This document shows, in pieces, positions 37,450-50,509 of a stretch of DNA of 64,000 nucleotides. The stretch lies in contig CM075980.1 of NCBI GenBank assembly GCA_038087875.1, positions 30,380,001 through 30,444,000 on the forward strand. Direction: 5' to 3'. Within the stretch, counting starts at the first letter, position 1. Every line of letters starts with the position of its first letter. Origin of the DNA: Malacoraja senta (lineage: Eukaryota). Made by a program: the position numbers and the translations under genes. Below the pieces are notes generated by a model. That model had not been told where the DNA came from and ran no database searches. It was given only the letters and a program-made list of their open reading frames with translations.

Positions 37450-38350
37450 ATGTCACCAAATATCTTAAACTTCTACAGATCCACCAGAAAGTATCCGGAT
37501 TGGTTGAATAATGGCCTGGTACAGCACTTCCAATACACAAGAACAGGAAGCTGTAAAGAGTAGTGGTCTCAGCCCACTCCATCACAGGCACTCTTCCTCA
37601 CACCACAGGCATTCACATGAGGAACTGCCTCAAGGCACAGCATTCATTAACAAGGATCCCAATTCATCCACTCATATTGGACAACAGGAGCATGCATGTA
37701 AAGCTGCCATTCCAAACCATGATCCTCTTGTACTTGCGCACGTGAAGAGCATACTTGCTTGTTGCATCACGACATGGTTCACTAATTCAAACGCCCACGA
37801 ATGAAGGATACTGCAGAAAGTGGTGGAAATTCCCCAGATCATCACAGGTATTAACTTCCCCATCAAAGGGATCGACATGAAATGCTGCCTCGAGACAGCG
37901 GTGAGGTGACCTAGGACAGAAAGGTCAGCATGGCAATGGAGAGTTAAAATGGTGAGCAACTGGCTGAACTGGCTGGCCTTGGCAGACCGAACGCAAGTGT
38001 TCGGCGAAATGGTCGCCTTGTCTACAATTGGGTTTCGCCGATGTTAAGGAGGCCACATCAAGAGCACCTATTGCTGTAGAGGAGGCTAGAGGAGGTGCAC
38101 ATGAACCCCTGCCTTGGAAGGACTGGAAGGAGTCCCTGGCCAGGTGTGAGGCTACACTCAAACCGCACTTCATGTTCCACTTGGGTAGCTTACAACCCAA
38201 TGGTATGAACATTGAATTTGCCAATTTTAGATAATTGTGTAGGAAGTGCATGAGAAAGTGGGATAAGACATGTGAACGGTGCTCAAAGCTCAGTGTACAC
38301 TCTGTGGGCTGAAGGGCCTGTTTCTATGATGTGTTTCAAAACTAAACTAA
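37450..38350. mobile_element. Mosaic of Rex-like fragments, an inverted PLE fragment (37910-38230) and a V-SINE tail
   Basis: ORFs 37925..38251(-) and 38028..38234(+) show PLE endonuclease pieces in opposite orientations. Confidence 0.55.
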
Positions 38351-38522
38351 TAGTGCTGAATCTAAGGAAAAATGAAAAATCTCCTAATGCATTTTCAAGC
38401 AACAAAAGGGAAAATGTTTTTTTTTAAAGAACAGGTTTTAGAAGACATGACTAATAGAGTGCCACAAAGGTCAGCAGTGGACCCTCAGCTATTGACAGTT
38501 ATACACATGTCGGATACATTTA

Positions 38523-39382
38523 CCGTATTTCCCAGCAATGAAGACGCTATTTTTTACCCAAAAAATAAGGCACTAAATTTTACCTGGATCTTGGAGGCCG
38601 AAGGTTAGGTTGTTAGCCAAGAAAGATAGACTTGGCTATGCCTCAGTGCAGCAACATCAAGAACGATGTTGCTGTACTGAGGGATAGCCAAGTTATCCCT
38701 CATTGCTGGCAGCTGATGGGAAGCGGCTGTAAAGTGGAAAGCGGCTGTAAAAGGACAGGGGGGGGGGGGGGGAGAGAGAGTTACTTTCACAGCGTGTGGA
38801 GAGTCTGGCCCGGGTCAGCACGGCCTGGACTGCACAAATTGGCTGGGCCACCAGGGGTAAAGTTGCAGGGAGGGCAGGATCATTGAGAAAGAGGGGTCGG
38901 GGATCTTGCCAGCAACTCACTCACTCACCGTTGCCGCGGCGCTCCGGGAACGGAGCCACCACATTGTGGCTGGGGAGGGAAGTAGCTCGGGTGGCTGCGA
39001 GCATCCGACGGGACCGGCCGCCACCTCAGCGCCTTCTGCCAGCCCGCCCGCCAGCCAGCTACGGTGTCCTTCAGCACAGGCGCCACCGGTGGAGGTGGGC
39101 GGGTAGCTACTGGGCTGGCTGCTCCATCCCGGGCTCGCTCTCTCGCTCTCTACTAGTCCCGTGGCAGGCGACCTTGGCGCTACAGCTAGTCCCGGGGCAG
39201 GCGACCTGGGAACTGCAGCTAGTCCCGGGGACTCGAGGGATCTGGGAACTGCAGCGATGTTGCCGACCCCTGAACCAAACCAAATCCTCGATCCTGTCCT
39301 GCCATCCTTTTTTCAAAATGTAACAACTTAAATTGTGGGTACGTCTTCGACACAGATGCGTCTTCATTGCCAGGAAATACGG
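38523..39382. mobile_element. TcMar-Tc2-type MITE, copy 2
   Basis: TA|CCGTATTTCCCAGCAATGAAGACGC ... GCGTCTTCATTGCCAGGAAATACGG|TA. Confidence 0.88.
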
Positions 39383-40757
39383 TATATTTATCCAAATTTG
39401 ATGGCCTGGAAAATCCTGGTGCGAAAGTGCGCACTGAATAGGGAGCAGAGTAAACCGTTCAACACAGGAGATCTATGCTGGCTTCAGGGCAGTCCCATCA
39501 CTACACCCACAGTTACTTTTGTGAAACATTCATATTCCTATTTCCATTAAAATTCCATATTCCTATTAATGTGCTTGATTTCATCCCCTATTTACAGTAG
39601 AGGAAACCTACAATAATCAATTCATCTAACAACCCACAATATGGGAGGAAATTAAAGCATCTGGAACAACCCCAGTGATTACATGCAAACAAACAGCTCT
39701 GCATGTCAGAATTAGTCCTAGTCACTGAAGCTATGGGACATATGCACTATCTGCAGGGCCAGCCCAGAGCATGCACAATTGTACTTCGCACATTAGGGCA
39801 GATAAGTACGTTTTCACTATTAACCATGAAACTGCAGCTTATTGTAAGTGTACAACAGGTTTACAAAAGGGAAGGAAATCCAATGTTCTTACCTTGTCAG
39901 GGTTTCGAGCAACTCAAGAACCACAAATTTGCTCAACTCTAACAGCTCTCTGAAATAGTTAAGTAAGCCAGTTTACAGAGATGTAGGGATAAGCAATAAA
40001 CACTGGCCCGATTACATCCACATTCAGTGAATACATAATTATTTTGAAGTAGGGAAATAACTCCTCCAACTTTGGTTGAAAATAAAAGAAAATTACTTTT
40101 CTAAAAATAGTACAGTTCAAAATAAATGATGGTATGCTGGCTGGTTCAAGAAACCATTGTCACAGAGCAGACAATTAAGTGTGCTTGTCTTGAGTGCAAA
40201 GAGGTTGAAGAAGATGATTAAGTTGCAAGCACAAGGGGCTTTATGAAACCAGGCATAATGCAGTCCACAACTTTTATTTCAGCATCAAATACCCCTCGAA
40301 AGGCAGTGCACAAGATTGATTCTTGGGATAAGCGATTTGGCTTGATTGATTGAAAAATACAGCGTGGAAACAGGCCTTCGGCCCACCGAGTCCATGCCGA
40401 CCATCGATCACCCATTCGATCACTAGTTCTATGTAATCTCACTTTCACACACTTGCCTGCACACGAAGGACAATTTACAGAGGCCAATTAGCCTACAAAT
40501 CCATAGAAATTAAGGGAAGCAAGGAATATGGGCTTTGGGTAGCTAAGCGAGTTTGAGATGCACGATCAGCCATAGTTTTGGTGACTGCAGAGTAAATTTG
40601 CAAAGCTGGATGGCCCACTGCTGATTTTGGCTTGTGTTCCTCCAGAAATGTAGAAGTCAGTCATAACCACAAACAAACATGGCATAGAAAGGCTTGATTT
40701 AGAGTAATGATTGCTTAATTTACAGCACTGTGCTGTTAATATTTAACCTTCACTTTA

Positions 40758-42331
40758 CAGTGCATTCAGACAGTATTCAGACCCCTTCACGTTTTCCATA
40801 TTTTTACAGCCTTATTCTAAAATGGATTCAATTCATTTTTTTATCATCAATCTACACACAATACCCCATAACAAAAATGCAAAAAACAGGCGTTTAGAAT
40901 TTTTTGCAGAGTAATTAAAAAGAAATAACTGAAATATCACATTTACATAAGTATTCAGACCCTTTACTCAGTACTTTGTTGAGGCACCTTTGGCAGCGAT
41001 TACAGTCTCTTGGGTTTGACGCTACAAGCTTGACACACCTGTATTTGGGTAATTTCTCCCATTCTTCTCTGCAGATCCTCTCAAGCTCTGTCAGGTTGGA
41101 TGGGGATTGTCGATGCACAGCTATTTTCAGGTCCCTCCAGAGATGTTCGATCGGGTTCAAGTCCGAGCTCTGGCTGGGCCACTCAAGGACATTCAGACCT
41201 GTCACAAAGCCACTCCTACATTGTCTTAGCTGTGTGCTTAGGGTCGTTGTCCTGTTGGAAGGTGAACCTCCGCCCCAGTCTGAGGTCCAGAACGCTCTGG
41301 AGCAGGTTTTCATCAAGGATCTCTCTGTACTTTGCTCCGTTCATCTTTCCCCCGATCCTGATTAGTCTCCCCGTTCCTGTCGCTGAAAAATATCCCCACA
41401 GCATGATGCTGCCACCACCATGCTTCACCGTAGGTATGGTATTGGCCATGTGATGAGCGGTGCCTGGTTTCCTCCAAACGTGACGCTTGGCATTCGGGCC
41501 AAAGAGTTCAATCTTGGTTTCATCAGACCAGAGAATCTAGTTCCTCATAGTCTGAGAGTCCTTTAGGTGCCTTTTGACAAACTCCAAGCGGGCTGTCATG
41601 TGCCTTCCACTGAGTAGCATCCGTCTAGCCACTCTACCATAAAGGCCTGATTGGTGGAGTGCTGCAGATATAGTTGTCCTTCTGGAAAGGTCTCCCATCT
41701 CCACAGAAGAACTCCACAGGAGCTCTGTCAGTGACCATCGATTTCTTGGTCACCTCCCTGACCAAGGCCCTTCTCCTCTGATTGCTCAGTTTGGCCAGGC
41801 GGCCAGCTCTATGAAGAGTCCTGGTGGTTCCAAAGTTCTGCCATTTAAGAAAGACGGAGGCCATTGTGCTCTTCGGGACCTGCAATGCTGCAGAAATTGT
41901 TTTATACCCTTCCCCAGATCTGTGTCTCGACACAATCAGGTCTCGGAGGTTTACGGACAATTCTTTCGTCTTCATGGCTTGGTTTTTGTTCTGACATGCA
42001 CTGTCAACTGTGGGACCTTATATAGACAGGTGTGTGCCTTTCCAAATCATGTCCAACCATTTACCACTGGTGAACTCCGATCAAGTTGTAGAAACATCTC
42101 AAGGACAATCAATGGGAACAGGATGAACCCAAGCTCAATTTTGAGTGTCATAGCAAAGGGTCTGAATACTTATGTAAATGTGATATTGTAGTTATTTCTT
42201 TTTAATTACTTTGCAAACATTTCTAAACACCTGTTTTTGTTTCTTCATTCTGAGGTATTGTGTGTAGATTGATGATAAAAAAAAAGATTTAAAATAAGGC
42301 TGTAACGTAACAAAATGTAGAAAAAGTGAAG
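40758..42331 (-). mobile_element. Tc1 (DD34E) transposon, IR/DR type, with a frameshifted transposase and a missing outer right end
   Basis: TA|CAGTGCATTCAG terminus and ~200-bp TIRs with internal GTATTCAGACCC repeats. Peptide fragments [50 protein letters not shown] and SSDLNPIEHLW. Confidence 0.92.
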
Positions 42332-42376
42332 TGTGTGTGTGTGTGTGTGTGTGCGTGTGCGTGTACACACACACAC
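42331..42376 (+). repeat. (GT)n followed by (AC)n alternating purine-pyrimidine tract
   Basis: Read directly from the sequence. Confidence 0.95.
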
Positions 42377-43450
42377 TCAAGGCAGTGAATCCTTGAAATT
42401 CTCTGCTCTCCCTCCTCACCCCTCTAAGGACGATGAAAGCAATATCTTTAAATCTATTTATCATGGATGTACATGCACATTTGAAAGATTGATTCATTGG
42501 AGGTTGATGGGGAAGATGAGACAAGCAGACATGGTCATATTGAATAGCAGGGCACACCAGATGGGGCCGATGCCCTACTTCTGCTCCTACGTTGTGTTCT
42601 TGCTTTATTATTCCTTCTTGCCGCACCGTCCTTTGAAGAAAATGCTGCTTCAGGCAACGGTAATGCCATTCGCAAGCTGCTTCTACTCTTAACTTCGGTG
42701 CCTAATGAGCCAACAAGATTTCTACTTGCAAAAAACTAACATGTATATAGTTCATACCCAAACATAAAATCAGCAAGACTTAAAACTGATTTCCAGAAGC
42801 AACAATTCAACATTGAAAACTGCTAAACACAGACCGATTTATTTCCACAATAGGTAACCTTCCATTTTACTTGCAGTGCACCTTTGCAAAGTTTGCTTTC
42901 CAATAGCTCTTAACACAAAACTAATAATAATTATATAATTCAATACTACTTTCAATCCATGCAAATGGGTTTTATAACACCCTTGAAAATGAAAATCTAG
43001 CTTGCATTTATGATTATTCCATGAACAAAATAATTGAGTAAAATTATCTAGCTTAACTATAGTTATCAATAAAAATCTATACACCAAAAATAAATATGTA
43101 TGCAAACATTTCATTCAATTTTGTCGTATGTATCTATGCACAAGATGTGAATGTATTTGATTTCAGTGTTGAAGTGCTTCAGAGTACACTATATTTCTTC
43201 TTTTGAATCCAGTTTAAAAGGGTATAGATTATTTATTTCCAACTGTGGAGCAACCAGCACATAGCTGACTGAGGGAAAATCACAGAGTCAAAACCAGCAT
43301 CAACAATCTTTAGTGAGTGTCCATGCACCCTGTTAACACTTATGGCAAATTTAAGTTGACTAGGGAACTGTTGTTGCCTGAAGTGGAAAGGTAGATCCAA
43401 TTATGGGATAATTTGTATCAGAAGATGTAAACATTTCCCCCAACAGCATT

Positions 43451-43870
43451 CATAAGATCATAAGAGATAGGAGCAGAACTAGGCCAATCGCCCCATCAAG
43501 TCCACTCTGCCATTCAATCATGGCTCATCTATCTCTCCCTCCTAACCCCATTCTCCTGCCTTCTCCCCATCACCTCTGACACCTGTACTAATCAAGAATA
43601 TATCTATCTCTGCATTAAATGTATTCACTGATGGCCTCCACACCCTTTTGTGGCAAAGACCTCCACAGATTCACCACCTTCTGACTGAAGAAATTCCTCC
43701 TCATTCTGCAGGCAAAAACAAGTTAAACACCTCCCAGTTCCTCCTCATTTCCTTCCTAAAAGAACATCCTTTAATTCTGAGGCTGTGACCTCTGGTCCTA
43801 GACTCTCCCAGCATTACCTGTCATTACTCTGTGGTCCAAGACTCTCCCAGCATTACCTGTTATTATTCCA
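43451..43870 (-). mobile_element. CR1-type LINE 3' fragment with a templated insert and a ~39-bp tandem duplication at its truncation point
   Basis: Matches 44250-44560. ggtcc(t/a)agactctcccagcattacctgt is duplicated within 43794-43866. Confidence 0.75.
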
Positions 43871-44228
43871 TGAGGGAGTAATTTTTGAACTGACAATCTT
43901 GAGCTGTTGCATAGTATTGATGGATCAATTTTCCTGTGAATCATGATTGGAGCTACTTCTTTTAGGTCAAGGTTATGCGATGGCATACCAGGTAGTGACA
44001 GGGAGTTTAACAGTTAAACAGAAAAATGTAAAACAGAAAAATGTACAGCCTCAAATGTCTACTGCACTGTCAATAGATCAATATTGTACCAAGGTGTCTG
44101 GGAAGCTTCAAAAGATGCTCTTTATTCTAGCCCTGCACTGTGTCTTTCTTTAATGCCAAAATTGCTGTTTCGTACAACCAATAATGTTGATTAACATTTG
44201 GGGAAGCAGCTTGCATTAAATCATGAAG

Positions 44229-44902
44229 TGATACATAGATACATAGATACATAGAAAATAGGTGCAGGAGTAGGCCATTCGGCCCTTCGAGCCTGCACCG
44301 CCATTCAATACGATCATGGCTGATCATCCAACTCAGTATCCCGTACCTGCCTTCTCTCCATACCCCCTGATCCCTTTAGCCACAAGGGCCACATCTAATT
44401 CCCTCTTAAATATAGCCAATGAACTGGCCTCAACTACCCTCTGTGGCAGAGAGTTCCAGAGATTCACCACTCTCTGTGTGAAAAAGTTTTTCCTCATCTC
44501 GGTCTTAAAGGATTTCCCCCTTATCCTTAAGCTGTGACCCCTTGTCCTGGACTTCCCCAACATCGGGAACAATCTTCCTGCATCTAGCCTGTCCAACCCC
44601 ATAAGAATTTTGTACGTTTCTATAAGATCCCCTCTCAATCTCCTAAATTCTAGCGAGTATAAGCCAAGTCTATCCAGTCTTTCTTCATATGAAAGTCCTG
44701 ACATCCCAGGAATCAGTCTGGTGAACCTTCTCTGCACTCCCTCTATGGCTATAATGTCCTTCCTCAGATTTGGAGACCAAAACTGTACGCAATACTCCAG
44801 GTGTGGTCTCACCAAGACCCTGTACAACTGCAGTAGAACCTCCCTGCTCCTATACTCAAATCCTCTTGCTATGAAGGCCAACATACCATTCGCTTTCTTC
44901 AC
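44229..44902 (-). mobile_element. Young 5'-truncated CR1-type LINE
   Basis: Uninterrupted 189-aa ORF2 C-terminus (KANGMLAFI...LVRPHLEYCVQFWSP...RTRGH...FFTQRVVNLWNSLP) and an 8-bp tandem tail (CTATGTAT)n. Confidence 0.92.
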
Positions 44903-47098
44903 TTTTTTTTATTTTTTTTTATTTGGCAAAGAAATAAGTATTCTTTGTAATAAATCATAAGCTTTAATAAGCTTAGATTAAAAAATACAGTTTAGTGATA
45001 CGGTATAGAAGTCTGCTTATTATAAACTGCTTGAATAAATCTAAATGGTGGTTTTTAAAACGAATTATTGCAATAATTTACATCAATACTTGATTACATT
45101 TTCCAAAAACTATACCTCAATAAATACTGCCAAAACATTAGAATGGACTTACAAACTTCCAACATTCAAAAAAATTGAAAAACACTACATTTTGAAAACA
45201 TAATTTAAAGTACACAATACCTATTACAGAGAAGCTTTTGCCAGCTGTTATATACCACCCTAAAGCATCATGATGCACCAATCATACAGCATTGTTTAGT
45301 GAAGAAACTAATGTTCAGTGATGTAAAAACACTGGAATGACCTCATTTCTGCAATGATAATGGTCAAAGTGCAACTACAGCTTGTTACATGTTCAATATT
45401 ATGTGGAGATTATTGGCCCCACCACTGGATTTTGGAAATATATCCTCAAGAACAAAGGATAAAACAATTCAGCCCATGTTTTTTAAAATAAAATCATTCA
45501 TTCCGAGTCTTCATGTTTAAGTTCCTCATTTGAGTAATTTTGAAGTAAATCTTCTGGCAAGTGGATCACCTTTCAAATGCCTTTAGTTCTGTTGTTTAGT
45601 TCCATTCAGCAGGTTGCTTATTGGGGGCAAGGTGTAGCATAGTGCAGTCAGATACGCAACCAGGAGGATTTTTTAAGGAGTTGATGGTGCAGGGGTTGGA
45701 ATTCAGCCAAGACAGTGACCAGATGCACAATGAACGAGAAGAAATTGTAACGGCTGGAAGATAGTCATTTGGGAAGGTGCGAGAAGGAGAAGAGGAAAAG
45801 GAGAAATTTCTGAGAAGTTCAAGGACAGGAAAGATCAAGAGTGAGAGGAGTCAAGGTGAGGATGTGTGGGTGGGACAGTGGACAGGAAGCGAGGTATCCA
45901 GGACATGTTTCCGAGTTGTGTGAGTGAATGCTGAGAGGTGCTCATGTACACCCACTTACATGAGCATTCATTTCCATGCAGCATGCCTTCTCACGCCTCG
46001 GCGCCCCTTGCTCCTAGATCAAAACCTCAGGGTCTCAAGTCCACGTGGTAGCATATGTGCAATGACGTCCCTCCATTAAATCACACAAAGGAATCCGCCA
46101 CTTCCCCAATATGAAGTTTGGTACATGACACATCAGTTCCTCTTGGATAGACCCCATAGCAAAATACTTAAATGCCACTCAGCTATCATGGTATGCCCTG
46201 GCATCAACACCCCTGACAAGTGAAAAAATGGAATTGAACGATCAAAACAAAAAAGATGTACATGCCTATTTCAGAAAATTGGAGCCTTTATCAATGATCC
46301 CAGTTTTCAATGCTTAAACTTTCAGTGGTACCTTCCTTTAGTTCTGAACTGTATTAAGATTTCAGGGCTTTGCAAATTTGTTCCCATGAACACTAGTTTA
46401 TGACTGCCAGGATTAAAGTTACACAGCTGCAAAAATGTTAAACTGATGGCATGAAGGTTTTAACATCCCTGCATTCAAACTTTAAATTTTAAAAAGGCTT
46501 TAAAAGTCAGCAATTAACAAACTTAAACTCTTCATCCAAAAGCTACCTGTCATTTCTAATAAAACAGCATTCAGTTAAAAACCATTAAGCCTACAAAATA
46601 ACATCTGTTTGATATGAATTCAAACTGGGAGGTGAATTCTGTAGGCAAAAACAAGTTAATGACCCTGATAAAAAAAACACTAAGTGTTCATCAATCATTG
46701 CACAGCAAGCACAATTGAGTTTATCATCTGGCCATCACACAAGGTCTTGACATCGACAAATCCACCTGACATTTGCCGAGTGTCAGCAAATGCCGTAGTA
46801 CCACCAACTGTATACAGAACTGGCAGGTTTACAATCATGCACACAGTCAAACTGGTGAGAATACTTCCCCCACAACATGGCAGCTCTTAAAGCGTCACAT
46901 CACACATATCAACAGGATATCAATAATCAGTCAAGGGAACAGATTCCAAAATGTGGCATACAAACAAAGCATCAATTTATACATAAACATCTGTCTCAAA
47001 GCATGGACTGTCTATTTCTATAACATAGGCAAATATTGCACATAAAGCCTAATAATTGGAACAAAATTATGAAATGAAAGCAGCACAGTGAAAACATT

Positions 47099-47268
47099 GT
47101 GTAGGAAAGAACTGCAGATGCTGGTTTAAACCGAAGATAGACAAAATGCTGGAGTAACTCAGCAGGACAGGCAGCATCTCTGGAGAGATGAAGAAGGGTC
47201 TCAGCCCATTCCTTCTCTCCAGAGATGCTGTCTGTCCCGCTGAGTTACTCAGCATTTTGTGTCGATCA
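47099..47268. mobile_element. Fold-back PLE-derived element with a 14-bp TSD
   Basis: ACAGTGAAAACATT at 47085-47098 and 47269-47282, flanking inverted arms. Confidence 0.85.
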
Positions 47269-48059
47269 ACAGTGAAAACATTTAGGGATTTGAATGTATT
47301 TTGTCAACATACTATTTGTATTCAGCAAGAACAATCTTTTCTTTGCTTGTGTATTTTAATTTAAAATAATAATCCATAAGAAAAATATCAGATGCTGTAA
47401 GTTTAATAAGGAACAAACTGATGGAAATGCTCAGTTAGTTATGCAACATCTGTGGAGAGAGTAATAAATTTAACGTTTCAAGTTAATGACCTTTCAATTG
47501 GTTATTGACCCAAACATTAATCCTGTTTTTCTCTCTCCGTGGACCCCGTCCAACTCAAGGATTTCCAATCTTCATTTTATTTCCATTTAAAACAAGCTGG
47601 ATATTGGATTTCTCTTCAAACAAGTTTATGTTACTACTTTTGCCGATCCAAAAAAGCTGGCTAAAGCTTGCACACTAATTTTTATGATGTGAAGGAACTA
47701 TGAATAGATTTAATGTTGACACAGAATTGGAAAGATGAATATTTACTTCAGTATTAAACTGGCATAACTCAAATAGAAGATACAATCACATTTACTAAAA
47801 TGCTTCTTGATTCTTTACAAATAAAGCACTGTTACAGACATTCCCAAAATATGACCACTCCACATCTGGCCAGAATAACAGTTGCCGTTTTTATCCAGAT
47901 AGCAAAAAGTGGAAAAAACTAAAAAAGTTCTAAATAAATCACCAAAAAATAAAGAAGGGAGCAATCTGCACTACATTTGGTCAATGTTGCACTTAAGAAC
48001 CTCAGTTAGTCCTAGGTGGTTCCCTGTCATTCTTTCGCTGAGCACATATTCTTTCTGGA

Positions 48060-49300
48060 TGCAGAGACGAACCAAGCAATAAAACAACTGCTGGAGAACA
48101 CAGCAGGTCAATTTGTGTGTGTGGAGGAAATAGCACTGCTGATGTTTTGTGTCAGGACCTTTCCTTAAGGCTGGAGTAGATGGGAGGTGGCGAGCTGAAG
48201 CGGTTGATTGGAGAGAACGGTGAAGATACACAAAGGCTGCAAATGATAACTGGATAAGACAAAGGACAACTGGGCAAAGCAGTGGGGCAGGGAGAGTAGA
48301 AAGGTGGGCATGAGATGTTTCGTGTAGACAGAAGGGGAGGGGGACGTTTCCCTGAAAATAAAGAATGCAATGCTCATGCTGTTGGATTGCAGACTAGCCA
48401 AGTAGACAATGGGGTACTGTTCATCCATTTTATGCGTGGCCTCACTATGAAATGGAGGAGGGCGAGGTTAAATAAGTCAGTACAGGAATGGGATGGGGCA
48501 CTAAAATGGCTAACAAGCTGGAGTGCTAGTTGGCAAAGTGGTCGCTTGGTCTCACCAATGTGGGGGAGGCAACAGAGAGCACAGAATAGAATAGACAAGT
48601 TGGAGGTGGTGTCTCTCCTGTGGGAGCTCTGTAGGTCCCTGAATGATATTATATTGCTGGTGATATTGCACCTGGTTCAGGGGAAAGTGGCCGTGGAGGG
48701 GGAGGGCTGGGTTAGAAGGGATAAGCAAATCAAGGAGTCAATGGGTAGAATCATCTCTGCAAAAAGCAGAAATGGGTGAAGAGGAGAAAATGCAATCGCT
48801 GGAATCACAATCAAGCTATTGGAAATGTCGGAGAATGACGTTTGGATGTGATGTGGAGGCTGATGGGGGAAAGCCAAGGACCAGAGAAACTATGCTGCTG
48901 TTTAGGGCAGGGGGGCTGAAGAGAGCAGAACTGCGAGAGTCAGAGGAGACACGGGTGAGGGCTCAATCCACAAATGCTTGGGGGGTAGTGAGCACTGTGA
49001 TTCCTCAAGAACCTAAGGTAGACAAAAAATGCTGGAGAAACTCAGCGGGTGAGGCAGCATCGATGGAGAGAAGGAATAGGCGACGTTTCAGGTCGAGAAG
49101 GGTCTCGACCCGAAACGCCGCCTATTCCTTCTCTCCATAGATGCTGCCTCACTCGCTGAGTTTCTCCAGCATTTTTTGTCTACCTTCGATTGTTCCAGCA
49201 TCTGCAGTTCTTTCTTAAACATGTCAGACATCTAGAGTGGAAAGCATCATATAGACAGACAGCAGATGGGCCTCAGATGGAGAAACTGCCAGAAAGGGAT
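48060..49300 (-). mobile_element. Old Penelope-like element, interrupted by a fold-back element at ~49017-49222
   Basis: ORF 48374..48598(-) contains PHIGETKRP. The inserted element has inverted arms (gacaaaaaatgctggagaaactcagcg / cgctgagtttctccagcattttttgtc). Confidence 0.7.
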
Positions 49301-50509
49301 GGCAACTTCTAATAAGCGAGTTTGGTATTCTGAAAAACGCAAGGAATCATGGGATTTTTCAAAGGTCATTCGAGAATTTAAAAAAGCGAACGGGGTGCCT
49401 GGTAGCGGGGGAGAGCGGGGTGTAACAGCGAGAGAGAGGGGGCAGATGCGAGTGGGAGACGGGGAGAGATTGTACCATCGGAGAGTCGGTGAGAGGTGGG
49501 GGAGAGAGAAGGTGAGGGAGAGAGAAGGGGGGTGAAAGACTTGCGTGGGGAGACAAAAGAGAGAGGTTTCAGTTAGACACACAACCATTGGTAAAGCCAT
49601 GGCTCGTTGCTTCTAGGAGAGTCGAGAAAATGTCCTCAAACGAGAGAGTGCAACTTCAGAACCCCCTCGTCTCGACCACGCTGGAGATTTCCGCGGGCGC
49701 AAGGAACAAATGACCTAAGGTTTGCGTTGAGTGAACTGAGAGTTCGTACCGTTCTCGTTGTACATCGGCATTTTGTGAGAGTGGTTGGATCCCCTCTTCA
49801 GCTCAGCCAACGTCGCTCACATTATCTGGACAGGCGGCGGGAGATCAGGAGTTGACGTGAGGCATCGGTGATGCTCTGGAATCCTAGCCGGCCGCCGCCG
49901 AGGAGCGGGGTCGAGAAGTCAGCGCCCGACAGGTGAGCTGCCCGCGGTAGCTGGTGCCTCTCCGCACACCACTGGAAGAACTGACACCTCTACTCCCCGG
50001 GTCGGGCGCTGCCTCGTCGACCTCCAAGGTCATTTGCTCCTTGCTCCCGCAGAAATCCCCGCTCCCATCCATCCCAACCGTGGCGCAAAAGTCTAATGTG
50101 TAGGAAGTTATGAAGGAGGGTCTTCTATCTAGAGGTCTGCGGACGGGAGTGTCGGCCCAGGCCCGCAGCCAGCATGGAGAGGGAGGGGTGGCGCCGGCCC
50201 CAGCTCGACTCTGCCTGTCCCGCCGGTGGGATTTGCGGGGTTGAGCTGGAGTTGGTGCTTCTATTCCACGCCGCTTGCGGGACTGGGCCACCGCTGCGAC
50301 GGGACATGCAGAGCCGAGCTGGAGCCGGCGACCCCCCCCCCCCCCGCCACCACTCCCAGACGGGACGAGAACGGCACAGCGGCGGCTGTTTAGGGCCGGG
50401 ACGCAGGTCTGCACCCATGCAGTGGCATGGCCGCCGAGAGTGTTTATCCTGAGCGACCCATGACCTGTGCATGTGCAGTCGGAATACCAAACTCGCATAT
50501 TGCTGGACA

